The position numbers and the translations under genes are program-made. A stretch of DNA of 64,000 bases from Planctomycetota bacterium (GTDB lineage: Bacteria; Planctomycetota; UBA1135; UBA2386). The notes beneath the pieces are model-generated. The model worked only from the letters and a program-made list of their open reading frames with translations. It ran no database searches and was not told the DNA's origin. Location: positions 136,990 to 200,989 of the forward strand of contig JACKIC010000003.1 of NCBI GenBank assembly GCA_020638655.1, in the 5' to 3' direction. Each line of letters opens with the position of its first letter. Within the stretch, counting starts at the first letter, position 1. Positions 8,163-17,500 of this stretch are shown one piece after another.

Positions 8163-9968
8163 ATGTTCTTCCCACCCATGGTCGAGAGTGTCGTCGACAG
8201 GTTCGAAGCGGTGGTCGCGGCACACGCCGACCGACCGGCGCTGACGTTCCGCCGCGGGCCGACCTGGCAGTCCCTGACCTACGGCCGGTTGCGCGAGCGG
8301 GCCGCAGCCATCGCCGAGCAGCTGCGCAGCGCCGGGGTGCAGGCGGGCGACGCGGTCGTCGTCGTGGCGCGTCGGCACCCGGACACGATCGCGACCTTCC
8401 TCGCGGCCCTGCGTCTGGGCGGCTACTACGTGCCCGTCGATCCGCGCGATCCGCCGGCGCGGCGGCAGTTGGTCTTCGACGCCGTGCGCGCCGAAGTCCT
8501 CGTCGAGCCGTCGCCAGATGAGGGCCCGCAAGGGGATGTGGAGCAGGGGCCGCGGATGTCGCGGCGGCAGTTCGGAGGAGTTCGCCAGCCGGGGCGGCCC
8601 GAGTCCGGGAACGCGGCCGCAGAGCAGCCGGTCTACGTGATGTTCACGTCGGGATCGACGGGGCGACCGAAGGGGGTGGTCGTGCCGCACCGCGCGATCG
8701 TGCGGCTCGTCACCGGGCAGGACTACCTGCGTTTCGACCACGGGCGCGTCTTCCTGCAGTCGATCCCGCTCGCCTTCGACGCCTCGGGGCTCGAGATCTA
8801 CGGTGCCCTGTTGCACGGCGGCAACCTGGTGCTGTTCCCGACGGACATGCTGCCGAGCCCGGCGGGGCTGCGCGAGGTCGTCGCCGCGCAGCGCGTCACC
8901 ACGGCCTGCTTCACCGCGCCTCTGTTCCACGCGCTGGTGGACGGTGACGTCACCTGCATGCGCGGACTCGAAGAGATCGTCGTCGGCGGCGAGCGCCTGA
9001 GCGTGCCGCACGTCCGGCGGGCGCTCGAGGCGCTGCCAGGAACGCAGCTCGTCAACGGCTACGGCCCCACCGAGAACGGCGTGCAGTCGACCAGCTATCG
9101 CATCCCGTCCACGCTGCCTGCGGCGGCGCGCGTGCCGATCGGTGTGCCGCTGCGCGGCACCGAGGTGATCGTCGTCGACGAGCAGTTGCGCGAACAGCCG
9201 GTCGGCGTGCCCGGTGAGCTGGTCGTCCTCGGCGATGGCCTGGCGCTGGGTTACCTCGACGAGTCGCCCGCGCGGGGTTCGGCCTTCGTGACCTTGGAGC
9301 GGCGCGGGCAGCGGCAGCGCGCCTACCGCACCGGCGACCGCGGCGTGCAGCTCGCGGACGGCAACTTCGACTTCCTCGGGCGCATCGATCGACAGGTGAA
9401 GATCCAGGGACACCGCGCCGAGCCCGAAGAGGTCGAGCGGGTGTTCGCCGGTCTCGACGGCGTGACGGCGTGCCGCGTGGTGGTGGCTCAGGATCCCGCC
9501 GGCGTCGCGCGTCTGGTCGCCTACGTGGTGCTGGCCGCGGGCGCGGAGCTCGCGGCGGTGTCGGCAGCGGCGGCGGCCCAGTTGCCGTCGTTCCTCGTGC
9601 CCGGTCAAGTCGTCGTGTTGACGGCCCTGCCACTGGGCAACAACGGCAAGGTCGACGACGCGGCGCTGCCCTCGCCGTGGGCGGCAGCGGCGGCGAAGGT
9701 CGAGGCTGCCGTGCCATCCGCTCCCGCAACGACGCCGGCGGCGCTGCGACGCGCCGTCCAGGCGGCCTGGCGCGAAGTCCTCGGCCGGGATCCGGCCGGC
9801 GCCGCAGGCTTCTTCGAGGCCGGCGGACGCTCGCTCGACGCCGTGCGCCTGCACGAGCAACTCGAACGCGCGAGCGGTCGCGCGCTCGAGCCGACGTTCG
9901 TCTACGAGTTCCCGACGCTGCAGCGTCAGGTGGAGGCGCTGACCAAGATGGTCGAGGGAGGGTCGTGA
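8163..9968 (+). CDS. NRPS adenylation-thiolation (A-T) didomain protein
   Basis: A-domain cores present: MFTSGSTGRPKGV, FDASGLE, NGYGPTE, YRTGD, GRIDRQVKIQGHR and NGKVD. The carrier motif is FFEAGGRSLDAV (Ser codon ~9831). The ORF opens at TTG 8127, ATG 8163 is preferred, and ATG 8178 is also possible. Confidence 0.9.
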   Translation: MFFPPMVESVVDRFEAVVAAHADRPALTFRRGPTWQSLTYGRLRERAAAIAEQLRSAGVQAGDAVVVVARRHPDTIATFLAALRLGGYYVPVDPRDPPARRQLVFDAVRAEVLVEPSPDEGPQGDVEQGPRMSRRQFGGVRQPGRPESGNAAAEQPVYVMFTSGSTGRPKGVVVPHRAIVRLVTGQDYLRFDHGRVFLQSIPLAFDASGLEIYGALLHGGNLVLFPTDMLPSPAGLREVVAAQRVTTACFTAPLFHALVDGDVTCMRGLEEIVVGGERLSVPHVRRALEALPGTQLVNGYGPTENGVQSTSYRIPSTLPAAARVPIGVPLRGTEVIVVDEQLREQPVGVPGELVVLGDGLALGYLDESPARGSAFVTLERRGQRQRAYRTGDRGVQLADGNFDFLGRIDRQVKIQGHRAEPEEVERVFAGLDGVTACRVVVAQDPAGVARLVAYVVLAAGAELAAVSAAAAAQLPSFLVPGQVVVLTALPLGNNGKVDDAALPSPWAAAAAKVEAAVPSAPATTPAALRRAVQAAWREVLGRDPAGAAGFFEAGGRSLDAVRLHEQLERASGRALEPTFVYEFPTLQRQVEALTKMVEGGS

Positions 9969-12900
9969 GCTCTGCCGACGAGTCGTTGCCCCCGCACGCG
10001 ATCGCCGTGGTCGGGTTCGCCGGGCGGTTCCCCGGCGCGCCGGACGCGGAGTCGTTGTTCGCCAACCTCTGCGCGGGACGCGAAGGCGTGACGTTCTTCC
10101 GCGACGAAGACCTCGATCCGTCGATCGCCGCGGCGGTGCGCAACGCCCCCGACTACCGCAAGGCGCGCGGCATCCTCGCCGACTACGACTGCTTCGACGC
10201 CGACTTCTTCGGCATCCTGGCGTCCGAGGCCGAGGTCATGGATCCGCAGCATCGCCTGCTGCTCGAACTGTCGTGGGCCGCGCTCGAGCGCAGCGGGCAT
10301 CGGCCGACCGACTGCGGCGGTCGCACCGGTGTCTACCTCGGCGCGCAGTGGAGCCACTACCTGCGGCACAACGTCTCGACCCGCGCCGACGTGCTCGAAC
10401 GCTTCGGCGAGGGCAACGTCACGCTCGCGAACGAGCAGGACTTCCTGGCGACCAGGGTGTCCTACCGGCTCGGACTGCGCGGCCCGAGCTTCACCGTCAC
10501 CACGGCGTGCTCGACGTCGTTGGTCGCGATCGCGCAGGCCGCCCGGGCGTTGCTCGACGGCGACTGCGACCTCGCGCTCGCGGGCGGGGCATCGATCGTC
10601 GTGCCGGTGCGCTCCGGCTACCGCTACGAGCCCGGCAGCATGCTGTCGGCCGACGGCCACTGCCGCCCGTTCGACCGCGCCGCCGCGGGCACGACCTTCG
10701 GCGACGGCGCCGGGGTGGTGGTGCTGCGGCGCCTCGCCGACGCCATGGCCGACGGCGACCCGATCCACGCGGTGATGCGCGGCTTCGCGGTCAACAACGA
10801 CGGCGACGACAAGGTCAGCTTCACGGCGCCGAGCATCTCGGGGCAGACCGCCGTGCTGAGCGCCGCCCTCGGGCACGCGCAGGTCGATCCGCTCTCGGTC
10901 GGCTACGTCGAGGCCCACGGCACCGCGACGCCGATGGGGGACCCGATCGAGTTCGCCGCGCTGACGCGCGCCTATCGCGGGCTCGAGCCGGGGGCTCCGC
11001 CGTGTGTGATCGGTTCGGTGAAGAGCTCGGTGGGGCACCTCGTGCACGCGGCGGGCGTCGCGGGCTTCCTCAACGCGACCTTCGCGGTGCGCGACGGTGT
11101 GCTGCCGCCGACGCTGCACTTCCAGGAACCCAATCCCCGGCTGCAGCTCGAACGCACGCGCTTCCGCGTCGCGCCGCAACCGCAGCCGTGGAACGTCGGC
11201 GCCGGTCCTCGGCGCGCGGCGGTGAGCTCGTTCGGGGTCGGTGGCACCAACGCCCACGTCGTGCTCGAGGAGCCGCCGCCACAGCCGGCGCCGTCGGCCG
11301 ACAGCGGCCCGCAGTGGCTGCGCCTCTCGGCGCGCACGCCGGCGGCGCTGCAGCGGCGCATCGACGACCTGCGGACCTACCTGGAACAGGCGGGCGTCGA
11401 GGTGCGGCTCGCGGACGTGGCGCACACGCTGGACGTCGGCCGCGTGCCGATGCGCCACCGCGCCGCGGTGCGCGCCGACTCGGTCGAGGATGCCCTGCGC
11501 GCGATGGCCGATCCGCGGCGCCTGCGTCGCGGTGAGGCGACGGAGGTCCGGGACGTCGTGCTGCAGTTCCCCGGGCACGGCGTGCAGCGCATCGGCATGG
11601 CCAGGTGGTTGCACGCGGAGTTCCCGGCGAGCCGCGAGCGCATCGAGGCCGGCATCGCGCACGTGCTGCGCAGCGGCGGGCCCGATCTGCGCGCGGTGTT
11701 GCTCGGCGGTGCACCGGCCGCGGCGCTCGACGACGTGCTGCTGGCGCACCCGGCCCTGTTCGTCTGCGAGTGTGCGCTCGCCGACGCGCTCGCGGCGCTC
11801 GGGCTGCGGCCCGCGGCGGTGCTGGGTTGCAGTCTCGGCGAGTTCGCGGCCGCGACGGTCGCCGGTGTGGTGTCGTTCGAGGACGCGCTCACCGCGGTCG
11901 TGGCCAGCGGTCGGGCGATCCTGGCGACGGCGCCGGGATCGATGTTCACGGCGTACTGCAGCGAGGACGAGGCGCGCGCGCTGGCCGGGGACGCGGCCAT
12001 CGCCGCGGTCTACGACGACGACGCCGTCGTGTTGTCCGGCGAGGCACAGGCGGTGGCCGAGGCGCGACAGCGCTGCGAGAGAGCGGGCGTGCGCACCGCG
12101 CCGCTGCGCGCCGATCGCGGCTTCCACTCACCGCTCATGGCATCGGCGGTGGCCGAGCTGGAGCGCGTGTTCGCCGCCCTGACCTGGCGGGCGCCGGGTC
12201 TGCCGATGTTCTCGGCGGCCGTCGGCGGCGCGTTGTCTGCCGAATCGGCGCAATCGCCGCGCCACTGGGCCGGCATCCTGAGCGCGCCGGTTCGCTATCG
12301 GGATGCGCTCACCGCGCTCGGTGAGCAGGTGGCGCACGTGCTGGTCGAGACGGGGCCGGGGGTGAGCCTCACCGCGGTCGCGTTGCAGCGCCGCGCGGGG
12401 GCCGTGCCGGTGGCGGCGATGCCCGGGTCGGGCGCCGATGCCATGACGGTCGCCGACCTGCGCGCCGTCATCGCGCACTGCTGGGCGAATGGCGTCGAAG
12501 AGGCCGCGTCCGTCCAGGTGCCACCTTCGCCGCGGCGCCTGTCGTTGCCGAGCTATCCGTTCGCGCGCACGCGGCACTGGCTGCAGCCGGGAACGGTCGT
12601 CGCTGCCGGATCGCCAGCCGGTGCGGACGCTGCGGAGGACCTGCAACGTGCCGACGCCGGCGCGCGGTTGGCGGCGATCCTCGAAGGGGCCACGGGCATG
12701 TCCGTGCCGTTGACCGAGGACCGGCACTGGGCGGAGCTCGGCTTCGACTCCCTGGTGACGACGCAGGTCGCGATCGGCGTGCGGCGGCAGTTCTCGGTCG
12801 AGCTGGGTTTCCGCGATCTGATGGAGCGGCTGACGTCGCCGCAGGTGCTGTTGGCCTGGCTCGAGGACGTGGCCCCGGCGGTCGAGGCGCCGGCGCCCGC

Positions 12901-14503
12901 GGCGCCGACCTCCGCCGCGGCCACCTCGCCCTCCGCGTCCGCTTCGGCGGCTGCGCCGCGGCCGAGCCCCGGCGCCCGCATCGAGCGCACGGTGTCGGAC
13001 CGCTACAAGACGACGCCCGAGCAGCAGCAGTTCCTGGCGCGCTTCTGCGCCGACTACGCGCAGCGCACCGCGCGTTCGAAGGCGTTCGCGCAGGAGCACC
13101 GCCGCCAGCTCGCCGATCCGCGCACGGTGACCGGGTTCCACCCGTCGTGGAAGGAGATCGTCTACCCGATCGTCACCGAGCGCTCGCGCGGCTCGCGGCT
13201 GTGGGATCTCGACGGCAACGAGTACATCGACCTGCTGAACGGTTTCGGCAGCATCCTGTTCGGTCACTCGCCCGACTTCCTCACCGAGGCGGTGCGCGCC
13301 CAGCTCGAGCGCGGCATCGAGATCGGGCCGCAGTCGGCGCTCGCCGGCGAGGTCGCCCGCCTGTTCTGCGACCTGACGGGCAATGAACGCGTGGGCTTCG
13401 CGAACACCGGGTCCGAGGCCGTGACGGCGGCGCTGCGCATCGCGCGCACGGTCACGGGGCGCGACAAGGTCGTGATGTTCGAGGGGTCCTATCACGGCAT
13501 CTTCGACGAGGTCCTGGCGCGGCCCGGGTTCGGCGGCGGGGTGTCCCCGGCATCGCCCGGGGTGCCGCAGTCGCACGTCGGCGAGATGGTCGTGCTGCCC
13601 TACGGCGAGCCGGCCAGTCTCGCGGCGATCGAGGGCATGGCCGGGCAGCTGGCCGCGGTGCTGGTCGAACCGGTGCAGGGGCGCAATCCCAACCTGCAGC
13701 CTCGCGAGTTCCTGCAGCGGTTGCGCGAGATCACCAAGGCCAACGGGTGCGCGTTGATTTTCGATGAGGTGGTCACCGGTTTCCGCGCACACCCAGGCGG
13801 CATCCAGGCTCTGTTCGGCATCGACGCCGACATCGCCCTGTATGGAAAGGTCGTCGCCGGGGGACACCCGATCGGCCTGGTCGCCGGCAAGGCGCGCTAC
13901 CTCGACGCCCTCGACGGCGGTCACTGGAGCTTCGGCGACGACAGCGTGCCCGAGGTCGGGGTCACGTTCTTCGCCGGGACGTTCGTGCGCCACCCGATCG
14001 CCCTGGCCGCGGCGCGCGCGACGCTGCAGCGCATCGCCGAGGAAGGGCCGGGGCTGCAGGAAGCGCTGGCCGCGCGCACGGCCGGGATGATCGCGCAGCT
14101 CCAGGAGTGCCTGCTGCAGAGCGGCGTGGGGATCAGCGTCGGCACCTTCCGCTCCGCCTTCTACTTGTCGGTGAAGTCCGATGAGCCTTGGGGTAGCTTG
14201 CTGTTCGCAATGCTGCGCCACCGGGGAATCCACATCTGGGAGCAGTTCCCGTGCTTCCTGACCACGAGCCACACCGACGACGATGTGGCCGTGTTCGTGC
14301 GCCACTTCCGCGACAGCATCGCCGAACTGCAGCGCGTCGGTCTGCTGACACCGGCCCCGGCGCGTCCGCGCGCGGCGGTGGATCGGCCGCCGCTCGCCGG
14401 TGCGCGGTTGGGGCAGCGCGCCGACGGCACCCTGGCCTGGTTCGTCCCGGACCCCGGGCGTCCCGGCCGATACCGCGAAGTCGCGGACGCGGAGTTGCCT
14501 TGA
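9965..14503 (+). CDS. Type I PKS module with C-terminal class-III aminotransferase: KS-AT-ACP-AMT
   Basis: GTG 9965 overlaps the upstream TGA (GTGA). KS motifs are TACSTSLVAI (Cys ~10508), EAHGTATPMGD and GSVKSSVGH. AT motifs are GCSLGEF (Ser ~11831) and GFHSPLM. The ACP motif is LGFDSLV (~12748). AMT motifs are NTGSEAV, LIFDEVVTGFR and YGKVVAGGHP (Lys codon 13847-13849). No KR, DH or ER domain is seen. Confidence 0.9.
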   Translation: MSSADESLPPHAIAVVGFAGRFPGAPDAESLFANLCAGREGVTFFRDEDLDPSIAAAVRNAPDYRKARGILADYDCFDADFFGILASEAEVMDPQHRLLLELSWAALERSGHRPTDCGGRTGVYLGAQWSHYLRHNVSTRADVLERFGEGNVTLANEQDFLATRVSYRLGLRGPSFTVTTACSTSLVAIAQAARALLDGDCDLALAGGASIVVPVRSGYRYEPGSMLSADGHCRPFDRAAAGTTFGDGAGVVVLRRLADAMADGDPIHAVMRGFAVNNDGDDKVSFTAPSISGQTAVLSAALGHAQVDPLSVGYVEAHGTATPMGDPIEFAALTRAYRGLEPGAPPCVIGSVKSSVGHLVHAAGVAGFLNATFAVRDGVLPPTLHFQEPNPRLQLERTRFRVAPQPQPWNVGAGPRRAAVSSFGVGGTNAHVVLEEPPPQPAPSADSGPQWLRLSARTPAALQRRIDDLRTYLEQAGVEVRLADVAHTLDVGRVPMRHRAAVRADSVEDALRAMADPRRLRRGEATEVRDVVLQFPGHGVQRIGMARWLHAEFPASRERIEAGIAHVLRSGGPDLRAVLLGGAPAAALDDVLLAHPALFVCECALADALAALGLRPAAVLGCSLGEFAAATVAGVVSFEDALTAVVASGRAILATAPGSMFTAYCSEDEARALAGDAAIAAVYDDDAVVLSGEAQAVAEARQRCERAGVRTAPLRADRGFHSPLMASAVAELERVFAALTWRAPGLPMFSAAVGGALSAESAQSPRHWAGILSAPVRYRDALTALGEQVAHVLVETGPGVSLTAVALQRRAGAVPVAAMPGSGADAMTVADLRAVIAHCWANGVEEAASVQVPPSPRRLSLPSYPFARTRHWLQPGTVVAAGSPAGADAAEDLQRADAGARLAAILEGATGMSVPLTEDRHWAELGFDSLVTTQVAIGVRRQFSVELGFRDLMERLTSPQVLLAWLEDVAPAVEAPAPAAPTSAAATSPSASASAAAPRPSPGARIERTVSDRYKTTPEQQQFLARFCADYAQRTARSKAFAQEHRRQLADPRTVTGFHPSWKEIVYPIVTERSRGSRLWDLDGNEYIDLLNGFGSILFGHSPDFLTEAVRAQLERGIEIGPQSALAGEVARLFCDLTGNERVGFANTGSEAVTAALRIARTVTGRDKVVMFEGSYHGIFDEVLARPGFGGGVSPASPGVPQSHVGEMVVLPYGEPASLAAIEGMAGQLAAVLVEPVQGRNPNLQPREFLQRLREITKANGCALIFDEVVTGFRAHPGGIQALFGIDADIALYGKVVAGGHPIGLVAGKARYLDALDGGHWSFGDDSVPEVGVTFFAGTFVRHPIALAAARATLQRIAEEGPGLQEALAARTAGMIAQLQECLLQSGVGISVGTFRSAFYLSVKSDEPWGSLLFAMLRHRGIHIWEQFPCFLTTSHTDDDVAVFVRHFRDSIAELQRVGLLTPAPARPRAAVDRPPLAGARLGQRADGTLAWFVPDPGRPGRYREVADAELP

Positions 14504-17500
14504 CCGCAGCCGAAGACCCCGTGGTGCCCGAACACGATCCCTTTCGTTTCGGTGCGATCGCGCAGGTGGTGCCGACCACCGATGCGCAGCGCGAGGTGCT
14601 CGCGGCGGCGGCGCTCGGCGATCTCGCCAACTGCGCCTACAACGAGGCGGTCTCGATCCGCCTGACCGGTGCTCTCGATGCGACCCTCGTCGAGCGCGCG
14701 CTCGCGGCGCTCGTCGATCGCCACGACGCCTTGCGCGCGTCGTTCACGCCGCAGCTCGACGCGATGTGCATCCGCGCCGAGGTCGCGGTGCCGCTGCAGC
14801 GCAGCGACCTCACGGCGCTCGAGCCGAAGGCGCGCGAGCTGGCGGTGCAGGCGGCGCGGCGCGAATGCGTCAGCACGCCGTTCGCGCTGGTGCAGGGCCC
14901 GCTGCTCCGCGCGCACTGGTTGCAGCTCGGTGCCGATTCGGCCGAGCTGCTGCTGGTGGCGCATCACGCCGTCTGCGACGGCTGGTCCTACCACGTGCTG
15001 CTGCGCGACCTCGAGCAGCTGTGTGGGGCGTCGGGTGGCGCGCCGGCGACGCCGGCGCCGTCGTTCGCGGAATTCGCCGTCGAGCGCGCCGCCGGCGCAG
15101 GGCGGGCGCACGGCGGCTACTGGCTGCGCAAGTTCTCGACCACGCCGCCGCCGCTCGACCTGCCCCTGGATCGCCCCAGAGGCCCCCAGCGCGCGTTCGC
15201 GGCCGAGCGCGTCGAGCGACTGCTCTCGCCGCAGGTGCGGCTGCCCGCGCTCGCCAGCGCGCTGCGCGTCAGCCCGGTGACCGTGGTGGTCGCCGGCGTG
15301 GCGGCGCTGCTGCACCGGCTCACCGGCAACGAGGACCTCGTCCTGGGCATGCCGGTCGCGCGTCAGGCGCTCGAGGACCGCGGCGGCCTGGTCGGGCACT
15401 GCGTGCAGCTGCTGCCCGTGCGGCTCGGCGTCGACGGGGACACGCCGTTCGCGGCGCTCGCGGCCGCCGCGCAGAAGGAGGTGCTCGACGCCACCGAACA
15501 CTACGACTTCACCTTCGGCAGCCTGGTGCAGGCGCTGCGACGCTCCGGCGACGCCGGGCGCGTGCCGCTGATCCCCGTGCTGGTCAACATCGACCAGCCC
15601 GCCGAGGAGCTGCAGATCGGCGCGGCGCGCGGCGCGGTGGCGACGGTGCCGCGCGTGGCCGAGAGCTTCGAGGTGTTCTTGAACGTCGTGCCGCAGGCGG
15701 GCGGCTTCCTGCTCGAGGCGACGTTCCAGTCGGAGCTGTTCGACGCGGCGAGCGTGTCGACCTGGCTCGCGGCCCTCGAGCAACTGCTGATCGGCGCCGC
15801 CGCCGCGCCGCAGGCCGCGATCGGATCGCTGGCGCTGCAATCCGCGGAGGATGTCGAGCAGGGCGCGGTCGGCGCTGCAGTGCCGCTGCGGTTCACGCAC
15901 TGGTTGCAGGCTCTGCAGCAGGTGGTTGCCAGCAGTCCCGACGCGGCAGCCGTGCGCGACGATCAGGGAGTGCTGAGCTACGCCGCGCTGTGGCAGCGCA
16001 TCACCGCGCTCGCGGCCGACCTGCGCCGGCGCGGCGTCGGGCGGGGCGACGTCGTCGGCCTGTGTGTCGGGCGGTCGCGTTCGCTGGTCGTCGCGATGGC
16101 GGCGGTGCACGCCTGCGGCGCGGCCCATCTCCCGCTCGATCCGTCGTTCCCGATCGCGCGGCTGCGGCAGCTGCGCGAAGACTCGGGTGCGGCGCTGGTC
16201 GTCGTGGACGCGGAGGGAGCGGCGCTCGGCCTGGGTGCCGAGTGCCTCGACCTCGACGCGGTCGCCGCGGACCGGGCGACGGGGGAGGCGATGCCGGAGG
16301 CGCCGCCGAACGGCGACGACGCCGCCTACCTGATCTACACCTCGGGCTCCACCGGCGTGCCCAAGGGCGTGAAGGTCTCGCACCGCTCGTTGGCCAACCT
16401 GCTGGCCGGCGTCGCCGTCGCGCCCGGCTTCTCCGCGGCCGACACGTTGCTGGCCGTCACCACGATGTCGTTCGACATCTCGCTGCTCGAGCTGCTGTTG
16501 CCGCTCACGGTCGGCGGCTGCGTCGCCGTGGCGCCGCGCGCCGAGGTCGAGGATCCGCAGAAGCTCGCCGCGCTGTTGCTCCGGCACCGCGCGACCGTGA
16601 TGCAGGCCACGCCGGCGACCTGGCGCATGCTCGTCGACGACGGCTGGAGCGGCGCCGCCGATCTGGTCGCGTTCTGTGGCGGCGAGCGCCTGCCCGTGGA
16701 GCTGGCGCGCAGCCTGCTGCCGCGCGTGCGCGCGCTGTGGAACCTCTACGGACCGACGGAGACGACCGTGTGGTCGACGGTGGCGCAGGTCCTCGACGCG
16801 GACGCGGCGCCCGGCATCGGCCGCCCCCTGCAGAACAGCTCGGTGTTCGTGCTCGACGGTCGCGGCGGCGTCCTGCCGCGCGGTGTGCCCGGCGAGCTGT
16901 GCATCGGCGGCGAAGGCGTCGCGATCGGCTACCACGAGCGGGAGGAACTGACGGCGGAGCGCTTCTTCGTGCATCCCATCCTGGGGCGCCTGTATCGGAC
17001 CGGTGACCGGGGGCGTGTGCGCCCGGACGGGACGCTCGAGTGCTTCGGGCGCGTCGATCAGCAGGTGAAGGTGCGGGGCTATCGCATCGAGCTCGGCGAG
17101 ATCGAGGCCGCGCTGCGCAGCTGTGCGGATGTGGTGGAGGCGGTCGTGGTCGTGCAGGGTGATGACGCGCAGGCCGCCCGCCTCGTCGGGTTCGTGGTCA
17201 CGTCGTCCGGCGCGTTGCCCGACGGTTGGCGCGAGCAGCTGCAGCGCACCCTGCCGGTCTACATGGTGCCGCACCAATTGGCGTTGCTGGCTGCGCTGCC
17301 CCGCCTGCCCAACGGCAAACTCGATCGGCGCGCCTTGCCGACGCTGACCGCCACGACCCAGGATGCCGCGTCGTTCGTCGAACCCGCGACGCCCGAAGAG
17401 CGGCTGGTTGCGACCGAGATGGCGGCCGTGCTGGGCGTCGAGCGCGTGGGGGCGACCGAGGACTTCTTCGCCGCGGGAGGGCACTCGCTGCTCGCGGCGC

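Noticed and set aside
9470-9964. Upstream 165-codon extension of the PKS ORF, overlapping the A-T gene
   Set aside because: The extension is Arg/Gly-rich nonsense overlapping the carrier domain of the upstream gene. The KS sequence begins right after GTG 9965, which overlaps the upstream TGA.
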